This document shows, in pieces, positions 57,125 through 64,000 of a stretch of 64,000 nucleotides of DNA. The stretch comes from an uncultured Gemmatimonadales bacterium (GTDB lineage Bacteria > Gemmatimonadota > Gemmatimonadetes > Gemmatimonadales > GWC2-71-9). Every line of letters begins with the position of its first letter. Within the stretch, counting starts at the first letter, position 1. The stretch lies in NCBI GenBank assembly GCA_963828735.1, contig CAWHFW010000005.1, positions 896,001 to 960,000 on the forward strand, written 5' to 3'. The notes beneath the pieces are model-generated. The model did no database searches and was not told the origin of the DNA. It worked only from the letters and a program-made list of their open reading frames with translations. Position numbers and translations under genes: made by a program.

Positions 57125-59362
57125 TTAGTCCATGCCGGCGCCCCCGCCCTGGCCCGGTCCGCCCAGCGTCGTCCGCACGACGAGGCGGAACGCCCGGCGT
57201 TGATTGGGCGTGAGAAATCGTTCCACCGCGGCGCCGGCCGGGTTGCCCTGATTGATGTTGAACGTGCCGAAGACCGCGCTCTCGTTCTGGAACAGGTTGG
57301 TGACGATGCCGTTGATCTCCCAGCGGCCGAATTCCACGCCAACCCGGGCGTCGGCCACGAAGTAGCCGTCGAGGGGAGCCGTGACATTGGCCTCGTCGCC
57401 GCGGAGAAACTGTTTGCCGGTGTACCGGGCGTCCGTGCCGACCGAGACGTAGCGGCCGAGCCGCGCCAGGCCGCCGAACTTGATCTGGTGGTCCGGGACC
57501 TGGGGGAACCGCGCTCCGGGCGAGACGTCGTTCTCGGTCGGAAAGGGGTTGATGACTTCCGGATCGTCGGCCGAGCGGATGGTGAAGATGTCGGCCGCGC
57601 TCTGAAAGCTGGCGTGCGTGTAGGCGTAGTTGAGGTAGAGCGAGTGGCCCGCCGGGAAGGCGTACGTCGCCCCGGCCTCGAAGCCCGTCCGGCGCGTCTT
57701 GGCGATGTTCACGAAGAACCCGTCGACCGTGCTCCCTGAGGGCTCGTTCGCGTCACCGAACGGGGTGAGAAAGATGTCGTTCTTGACGTCGGTGTAGTAC
57801 ACCGAGCCGCTGAGCGAGACGCGGTCGTTCGCGTAGCGGAAGCCTCCTTCGAGCGTACTTGCCGTGACGGGCTCGAGCGGCGGGTCGTCGCCCAGAGCGA
57901 ACGGCAACGGGCACGGCGCCTCGGGATCCGCGCAAGCGTTCTCGATCACGGCCGGCGCCCGGAACGCCTGACCCCACGAGGCGAAGAACGAGCCGCCGGG
58001 CATGACCTCGACGCTGGCGCCGAGCCGGGGGTTGAAGCGCTCGTAGGTTGCCGTCGTATCGCCCGAGTGATCCAGCTCGTTCTCGAAGGGGATGCGCACA
58101 TAGTCGTACCGGGCCCCGGCGGACAGCGTCACCTTGTCCATCGTGAGGTCGGCGGCGGCGAACGGCGCCACGTCCCAGAGGGGACTCCGCGCCGCCGTGG
58201 TCTGCGTGCGCCCGACGCCGAACTTGGTCGAGTCGGAGAAGATGTCGATCTCGACCCGCGTGACCTCGCCGTCCACGCCCCCCCGGAGGCTCAGCGCCGT
58301 CGTCTCGTTGAGCACCGTGGTCCACCGGTAGTCCGCGGTGTACCCGAAGCTGTTGTTGTAGCTGATCCCGAACGCGTCCGGATCGTCTTCCTGGTTGATG
58401 TTGAGCCGCTCGGCGCGGTGCCGGCGGAAATACGCCGTGACCGAGGCGCGGCCCAGCCCGAACTGCTTGTAGGCCTGCAGCGAGCCCTGGTAGGCCCAGA
58501 GCTTCTCGTAGTCATTCGCGCTCAGGTTGGAGTCGGGAGACGCGGCGAAGATCGACTCGGGCAGGGAGCCCGCGGTCTGAGCGCTGTCGCGCGAGTAGAA
58601 CGCCTGGAAGCGGATGCCGCTGGTCTCGCCCAGCTTCCCGACGTTGAGGAAGCCCTGGTAGCCCTGCTCGCCGGTCACCTGTCGCCAGCCATCCTCACGG
58701 TTGAAGTCGCCGCCGACGTACCAGTCCAGACCGCTCTTGGTCAGGCCCGAGACGTGGGCCTCGGCCCGGGCGGCGCCGAAGCTTCCGCCCGAGAGCTCGA
58801 TCGTGCCCGTCGTCGGGCCGGTGCCGCGCGCGGTGACGAGGTTGACCGCGCCACCCAGCGCATTCCGACCCAGCAGCGACCCGTTGCCCGACAGGATCTC
58901 GATCCGGTTGATGTGGTCCATTGGAAGCAGGTCGAAGTTGACCTGCGACGCCTCGGGCTCGTTCATCCGAACGCCATCGAGGAACACCGCCACGCCCTGC
59001 GGCAAGCCGACCACCGGCGAAGAGTAGAATCCGCGGCTCGAGAGATTGAGCTTGTACGGGCTCCCGAGATCGTCATAGGTCGAGAACCCGGCGACGCTCT
59101 TGAGCGCGTCGGAAAGGATGCGGGGCTCGTAGGCGTCCACCTGCTCCGCGCTCAGCGTGGTCACGCGGGCGGGCACGCCGGAACCCACCGTCGGGCCGGC
59201 GGCCGGTTGAATGCTCCCGACGACCTCGATCGGCGGGAGCTCGTGCACGGTCGTGTCCGCTCGCGCCTTGGCCGTATCCGCTTTCGTCGTGTCGGCCTGG
59301 GCCACCAGGGCGGCCGGAAGCACGACCAACAGGGCAGCCGCGAGCAGGCTCGTCAGTTTCAT
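57125..59362 (-). CDS. TonB-dependent receptor (no STN domain)
   Basis: Signal peptide, TonB-box-like ELPPIEVVG, plug RGF..LDGV..RIEILSG..ALGGAVNLVT, barrel GARYD, FRAP, NLF. Confidence 0.93.
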   Translation of the reverse strand: MKLTSLLAAALLVVLPAALVAQADTTKADTAKARADTTVHELPPIEVVGSIQPAAGPTVGSGVPARVTTLSAEQVDAYEPRILSDALKSVAGFSTYDDLGSPYKLNLSSRGFYSSPVVGLPQGVAVFLDGVRMNEPEASQVNFDLLPMDHINRIEILSGNGSLLGRNALGGAVNLVTARGTGPTTGTIELSGGSFGAARAEAHVSGLTKSGLDWYVGGDFNREDGWRQVTGEQGYQGFLNVGKLGETSGIRFQAFYSRDSAQTAGSLPESIFAASPDSNLSANDYEKLWAYQGSLQAYKQFGLGRASVTAYFRRHRAERLNINQEDDPDAFGISYNNSFGYTADYRWTTVLNETTALSLRGGVDGEVTRVEIDIFSDSTKFGVGRTQTTAARSPLWDVAPFAAADLTMDKVTLSAGARYDYVRIPFENELDHSGDTTATYERFNPRLGASVEVMPGGSFFASWGQAFRAPAVIENACADPEAPCPLPFALGDDPPLEPVTASTLEGGFRYANDRVSLSGSVYYTDVKNDIFLTPFGDANEPSGSTVDGFFVNIAKTRRTGFEAGATYAFPAGHSLYLNYAYTHASFQSAADIFTIRSADDPEVINPFPTENDVSPGARFPQVPDHQIKFGGLARLGRYVSVGTDARYTGKQFLRGDEANVTAPLDGYFVADARVGVEFGRWEINGIVTNLFQNESAVFGTFNINQGNPAGAAVERFLTPNQRRAFRLVVRTTLGGPGQGGGAGMD

Positions 59363-59396
59363 GGACCGCGATCCTCGGAAGCTATGAGCGGGATTT

Positions 59397-60002
59397 TCAG
59401 CGAAGCAGGAAGGTGTCCGGCATCCGGTGATCGTGACCTTCGGGGCGACGCTCGTAGATCGCGGCCATCACGACCCGGTCGGGCGGCACGCCGACCACGA
59501 GCAGGGCATCGTCGCTCGGCCCGCCGCCATCGAAGTCGAGGCAGCAGTGCTCGGTGGTGACGAGGCCCGCCCCCGCGCCGTCGCGAATCGAGGGCTGGTC
59601 GCCGCGGTCCAGCCGGATGAGGTCCCCGGGGGAGAAGGTTCCCGAGTGGTCGTGATCTTCGTAGAGGCGGAGGTGGTGGACCTTCGCGTCGCGCTCGGCG
59701 ACCAGGGTGATCCCGTCATCTGCCTCGCCCCCGCCGTCCAGGTCGTAGCAGCAGCGGTCGATCTCGACCGGCCGCGGCGACCTGAGGAGCGAGGCGGCGA
59801 GCAAGGCGACGATGACCGATGCCGTCACTCCCCAGGCCGCGCGGAGAAACCCGAGGCGACGACCGGTGTCGGCTGGCCGCTCGCCCCGACGCACCCGGCC
59901 CGCGATCTCGGCGCCAAGCGACGCGCGCGGCTCGAACCGGATGTCGCTGAGCGCGCGATCGAGCTCGGCCAACTCTGGCGGAAGGTCAGGCTCGCCGTTC
60001 AT
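59397..60002 (-). CDS. Putative single-TM anti-sigma factor with Cys/Asp-rich periplasmic repeats
   Basis: ATG overlaps sigma stop; short cytoplasmic helix, TM, then CCYDLDGGGEADD, DHDHSGTFSPGD, CCLDFDGGGPSDD. Confidence 0.7.
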   Translation of the reverse strand: MNGEPDLPPELAELDRALSDIRFEPRASLGAEIAGRVRRGERPADTGRRLGFLRAAWGVTASVIVALLAASLLRSPRPVEIDRCCYDLDGGGEADDGITLVAERDAKVHHLRLYEDHDHSGTFSPGDLIRLDRGDQPSIRDGAGAGLVTTEHCCLDFDGGGPSDDALLVVGVPPDRVVMAAIYERRPEGHDHRMPDTFLLR

Positions 60003-60556
60003 CGGGCGAGCACCTTCCTGAGCCGGCCCAGCACGCGCCAGAGCCGGGTGCGCACGTTCCCTTCGCTGATGCCGAGGATCTGCGCCATCTCGGCGGTGTC
60101 GAGCCCGCTGCCGTAACGGAGCCCGACCAGCTCGCGGTCCGCCGTGCCCAGCGTCGCTACCGCGTCAAGCAGCTGTCCGATTTCCTCTTCCCGGAGCAGG
60201 CGCTCCTCAGGGGAAGGCGCTTCGTGGGCCAGATCGTGCATCGTGCCGATCGCGACGTACTGGCGGAGCCGCGCGCGCCGACGCCAGTCGGCCAGGACAT
60301 TTCGAGCCGCCGCGAGGATCCAGGTCTTCGGTGAGCCCTTCAGGGGATCGAACCGCTCGACCGCGCGGACGACCTTGAGGAATGTCTCGGCGGTCAGGTC
60401 CTCGGCGACGTCGACCAGCGGGACGTGGAAGCGAAAGTAGTTGTAGACGGCCGAACCATGCGCCTCAAACCATTGCCGACAGAGGACTTGCGCCTCATCG
60501 ATCGGGGCGGGGGCTGGCGGCGCATCGCGATGGGGTGGTTGGGAAGCCGGGCTCAC
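59999..60556 (-). CDS. ECF sigma factor
   Basis: AEDLTAETFLK, TWILAAARN, EMAQILGISEGNVRTRLWR. Confidence 0.93.
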   Translation of the reverse strand: MSPASQPPHRDAPPAPAPIDEAQVLCRQWFEAHGSAVYNYFRFHVPLVDVAEDLTAETFLKVVRAVERFDPLKGSPKTWILAAARNVLADWRRRARLRQYVAIGTMHDLAHEAPSPEERLLREEEIGQLLDAVATLGTADRELVGLRYGSGLDTAEMAQILGISEGNVRTRLWRVLGRLRKVLAR

Positions 60557-60566
60557 GCCAGATAGA

Positions 60567-60592
60567 TACGCGCCAGATCGAATTTCGTCACG
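60567..60592 (-). promoter_or_regulatory. Candidate autoregulatory ECF promoter
   Basis: CGTGAC-N16-CGTA ending 10 nt before the sigma GTG; no SD. Confidence 0.4.
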
Positions 60593-60694
60593 CCCAGGTC
60601 CAGCAGCGCGACTCAGGCGCAGTGGATGATTAGGCCCGGCATGTCGGCGTGCACTTCATCACAAACGCACGAGACCCGTGCGTGACGCCCGGGG

Positions 60695-61894
60695 CTAGAA
60701 GGCGGGCAGCCCCGTGATCGCCTGCCCCACGATCAGCGAGTGCATGTCATGGGTGCCCTCGTACGTGTAGACCGACTCGAGGTTGGCCATGTGCCGCATG
60801 GAGTGGTACTCGACCAGGATGCCGTTGGCGCCGAGCAGGCGACGCGCCTCGCGGGCCGCATCGCAGGCCATGCTGACGTTGTTGCGCTTGCAGAGCGACA
60901 CGTGGTCCGGCGTCATCGTGCCCGCGTCCTTGAGCCGACCGAGCTGCAGGGTCATGAACTGTGCCTTGGTGATCTCGGTCAGCATGTCCACCAGGCGCAC
61001 CTGCTGGATCTGGGTCTGCGCGATGGGCTTGTCGAACATCACGCGGTGGCCGGCGTAGCGGAGCGCCTCGTCGTAGCACGCCATCGCCGCGCCGATCGCC
61101 CCCCAGGCGATGCCGTAGCGCGCCTGCGTGAGGCACATGAGCGGGCTCTTGAGCCCGCCGGACTTGGGCAGGATCGCGTCCTTCGGCAGGTGCACGTCCT
61201 GCAGGTGGATCTCGCTCGTGTCGCTCGCGCGAAGGGAGAGCTTCCCCTTCTGGTCCTTCGCCGCGTAGCCCTTCCTGTCGGTCGGCACGATGAAGCCGCG
61301 GATGGACTTGGGATCGTCCACCGCGCCCGTCTTGGCCCAGACGATCGAGACCGTGGCCTGCGAGCCATTGGTGATCCACATCTTGGTGCCGTTGAGCACC
61401 CAGCCGTCCTTCGTCTCCCGCGCCGTCGTGATCATGCCGCCCGGGTTCGAGCCGAAGTCGGGCTCGGTCAGACCGAAGCAGCCGATCTCCTGCCCGGTGG
61501 CCAGGAGCGGAAGCCAGTGCTTCTTCTGCTCCTCGGAGCCGAAGGCGTAGATCGGGTACATCACCAGCGCGCCCTGCACCGACGCGAACGAGCGGATGCC
61601 GGAGTCGCCCCGCTCCAGCTCCTGCATGATCAGCCCGTACGCGACGTTGTTGAGCCCCGCGCAGCCGTATTCCTCCGGCAGGTTGGCGCCGAACAGCCCC
61701 AGCTCCGCCATCCCCGGGATCAGCTGCTTGGGAAACCGGCCCTCGATGTAGGCCTCACCGATGACCGGAATCAGGTTTTCGTCGACCCAGGTCCGGACCG
61801 TGTCACGGACGGCGCGCTCTTCCTCCGACAGGAGGGTGTCGAGGTTGAGGAAATCCACGCCGGTGAATTGGGATGCTGCAGCTGCGGTGGCCAT
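60695..61894 (-). CDS. gcdH: Glutaryl-CoA dehydrogenase-type acyl-CoA dehydrogenase
   Basis: ELERGDSGIRSFASVQ, CFGLTEPDFGSNP, KMWITNG, NLESVYTYEGTHD. Confidence 0.9.
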   Translation of the reverse strand: MATAAAASQFTGVDFLNLDTLLSEEERAVRDTVRTWVDENLIPVIGEAYIEGRFPKQLIPGMAELGLFGANLPEEYGCAGLNNVAYGLIMQELERGDSGIRSFASVQGALVMYPIYAFGSEEQKKHWLPLLATGQEIGCFGLTEPDFGSNPGGMITTARETKDGWVLNGTKMWITNGSQATVSIVWAKTGAVDDPKSIRGFIVPTDRKGYAAKDQKGKLSLRASDTSEIHLQDVHLPKDAILPKSGGLKSPLMCLTQARYGIAWGAIGAAMACYDEALRYAGHRVMFDKPIAQTQIQQVRLVDMLTEITKAQFMTLQLGRLKDAGTMTPDHVSLCKRNNVSMACDAAREARRLLGANGILVEYHSMRHMANLESVYTYEGTHDMHSLIVGQAITGLPAF

Positions 61895-61960
61895 GTCGTC
61901 GCCTCGTGCGGGGTCTCGGAATGGCGGGTAAGATAGCCGGGACCCCTGCCCGGCGCAGCC

Positions 61961-63118
61961 TTAGACGGCTACCACTGGTCGCTCGCTTGCGCGGACGGCG
62001 CGGTCCATGACGGCGAGGTAGGCGGCCGCGATGCGGTCCGCGTGGTCGATGGGCGTGGCACCGGCCGCCAACCCCATCATTCGCAGATTGTTACGCGAAG
62101 GGCACTCACGCTGCAGAAACCGGATCCATGCGAGGACGTCGTGCTGGACCAGAAAGCCGGTGACCAGGTGCCGCACGGCGACCGGCGGACGGTCTTCCAC
62201 GGCAGGAACCGCGACGGGTCGCGCCGAGCTCAAGCATTCCGAGACCGTGAAGGCCGGGTCTCCAGCCTCGAAGGAGACGCACAGGTCGGCAGCCGCAATG
62301 TGCGCCGCCAGCGCCTCGTCCGTCGTGGGGGCGTGGAAAGTGACGAGAGCGCCCGGACCGGCAATACGCTCGAGCGTCTTTCGGCGCTCTCCGTGGCCCA
62401 ACACATGGAGTCGAAGCGACGGATCGCCGACGCGCTGAACGGCTTCGATGAGAGGCGCCAGATCGGTGCCTCGCTCGAGTCCGTCGGCGGCCAGCACGAT
62501 GCGGTGGGTTGGATCCAGTCCAAGCCGTCGGCGCGCTTCGGTCTGGTCCTTCGGCGCGAACGTCGTACGATCGATCGCGGGCCCGATGACCGTGATGCGG
62601 TCCGGACTCACGCGCCACCGTTCGACGATGGCGTCGCGGATCACCACGCTGCCGGCCACGATGTCGGAGGTCTGACGCAGGTACCGTCCGGAGGCACGGA
62701 AGCCGAGCCATGTATTGCCGACGTCCAGGGAGCCAAGCCACGAGGCCGTGGGGAACCGGTCCAATACGGAGATCGCCGGGACGCCGCGCTGGGCGCACCG
62801 GGCGGCCAGCTTGCCCGACATCGGCCAGCTCCCCTCGAGCACCATTTCGAACGAGCTGGCGCGGCGTTGGACGAAAACGCCGAGGGCACGGCGGGAAGGC
62901 ACAAGGTCGGACGCCGGTGCCCGGTCGCTTTCCAGCGCGGCCACAGCTACCCCAGGTACCTCGACCTCATCGATCAGACGCCGGAAAACGACGGCGACCT
63001 CGGCATCCCTGGCGAGGGCACGTGCGAGGGTAAGTACTTGCCGTGAATGGCCGGAGCCCCGGCGGTAGCTCGCGCCCGGGGCCACATAGCAGATGGAAAG
63101 CCGCCTTGTCCGAAGCAT
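61961..63118 (-). CDS. Divergent GT4-family glycosyltransferase-like protein
   Basis: GT-B layout: ICYVAP, ITVIGPAID, LHVLGHG, AAADL, TGFLV; start uncertain. Confidence 0.7.
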   Translation of the reverse strand: MLRTRRLSICYVAPGASYRRGSGHSRQVLTLARALARDAEVAVVFRRLIDEVEVPGVAVAALESDRAPASDLVPSRRALGVFVQRRASSFEMVLEGSWPMSGKLAARCAQRGVPAISVLDRFPTASWLGSLDVGNTWLGFRASGRYLRQTSDIVAGSVVIRDAIVERWRVSPDRITVIGPAIDRTTFAPKDQTEARRRLGLDPTHRIVLAADGLERGTDLAPLIEAVQRVGDPSLRLHVLGHGERRKTLERIAGPGALVTFHAPTTDEALAAHIAAADLCVSFEAGDPAFTVSECLSSARPVAVPAVEDRPPVAVRHLVTGFLVQHDVLAWIRFLQRECPSRNNLRMMGLAAGATPIDHADRIAAAYLAVMDRAVRASERPVVAV

Positions 63119-63173
63119 GCGGAAGGGAACCTGGTGGCTCGGTTGCAGTTGGGAACGGAACGCCCTGCAAGGT

Positions 63174-63190
63174 CGCAAGTCTGGTACCAG
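63174..63190 (-). promoter_or_regulatory. Sigma54-type promoter upstream of the GT4-like gene
   Basis: CTGGTACCAGACTTGCG: GG-N10-GC, one mismatch to TGGCAC-N5-TTGC. Confidence 0.55.
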
Positions 63191-63606
63191 CTTCGGGGCG
63201 GGCGCAAGTCGACCAGACGCCGGAGGATCGGAGCAGATGGCCGAGTAGTTGCGAAATCCCGTCTTGGGCTGAAGCTTTATCCTAACCCGGCTAAACATTT
63301 CCTTGCAGTCGCTCACCTTGGCGGACCTGCGTACCGTGGCCGACGGAAGGCGCAGGGCACGACGTGTGCACGAGGGGGGCGAGGATTTGGCTGCGCGATA
63401 GGTTGGTTCGGCCACTCTAATTGTTTCCCGATTTACAGATGGAATCGGCTAGACACGGCAGTTGACAGGCCGGCGGGCGGGGTTCAGGGGTCAGAACCGC
63501 CTCGGCTCGACCACATGCTGTGTCTGTCGCGCAACAGATTTCCCGGGCGCGGCCCGGGCGAACGGCGGCGGGAAACTCGCCTCCCACGATGCGCGGAGAG
63601 GTTCGG

Positions 63607-64000
63607 ATGCGGATTCTGATGACCTCGTACGAGTTTCCGCCGATCGGCGGTGGTGGGGCGGCCGTCGTGGCCGGCCTCTCCCGGGAGTTGGCCGCGAGCG
63701 GTCACGAGATCGACCTGGTGACGATGAGCTTCCAGGGTCACCCGCGAGAAGAGGTCGTTGATGGCGTGCACCTGTATCGCGTACCGTGTCTCCGCAAAGC
63801 CAAGCACAGCTGCACCACCCCCGAAGCCTTCTCCTATCTCGCGGGGGCGATGCCGACCATCCACCGCCTGATAACCAAGAACCATTACGACGTGGCCCAC
63901 GCGCACTTCATCCTGCCGGACGGTCTCCTGGCCTGGCAGGCGAAGCGCTACTCGGGCTTGCCCTACGTCATTACGGCGCACGGCACCGACGTGCCGGGAT
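63607..64000 (+). CDS. GT4-family glycosyltransferase, N-terminal part (runs off right edge)
   Basis: MRILMTSYEFPPIGGG, GHEIDLVT, YDVAHAHF, PYVITAHGTDVP; SD GGAGAGG. Confidence 0.88.
   Translation, partial: MRILMTSYEFPPIGGGGAAVVAGLSRELAASGHEIDLVTMSFQGHPREEVVDGVHLYRVPCLRKAKHSCTTPEAFSYLAGAMPTIHRLITKNHYDVAHAHFILPDGLLAWQAKRYSGLPYVITAHGTDVPG

Noticed and set aside
57125..60556. Classical FecIRA iron-signalling system
   Set aside because: No FecR domain, no STN domain, and no Fur box recognised.
1..64000. CRISPR arrays, tRNA/rRNA, transposases, prophage or defence genes
   Set aside because: None recognised by eye; short or divergent elements could be missed without searches.

Overview
A high-GC bacterial chromosome segment; gene content and protein style suggest Gemmatimonadota (inference, not verified). 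I saw no rRNA, tRNA, CRISPR array, transposase or integrase. Housekeeping blocks, left to right: late menaquinone steps (menG/ubiE-ubiD-ubiA-ubiX, futalosine-type layout), a SigW-like ECF sigma/ZAS anti-sigma envelope operon, nifU-mrp-MATE-DUF62, nrnA, three APC amino-acid permeases around guaB, a gpmI-OMP-PTPS-CoA-binding-OMP-mobA-mobB-moeA operon, a yybP-ykoY (Mn2+) riboswitch controlling htpX-terC, a lysine/DAP operon (M20-asd-lysC-dapB-dapA-dapD), ETF-QO/etfA/etfB/glutaryl-CoA dehydrogenase, and the edge of a glycosyltransferase locus. Best candidates for undescribed biology: (1) an ECF sigma, a non-FecR anti-sigma with duplicated CC-x-D-x-DGGG-xx-DD motifs and an EF-hand-like loop, and a TonB-dependent receptor (possible direct Ca/lanthanide/metal sensor); (2) two degenerate AsnB-like paralogs flanking yjbQ right after the DAP operon; (3) a sigW-consensus promoter overlapping the sigma stop codon, which would drive only the anti-sigma and effectors; (4) enzymes with missing catalytic or ligand cysteines (Cys-free Mrp, PTPS without its Cys, three-Cys ETF-QO); (5) many apparently leaderless transcripts, non-canonical starts and coupled small ORFs. 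All family calls come from motifs recognised by eye; no searches were run.
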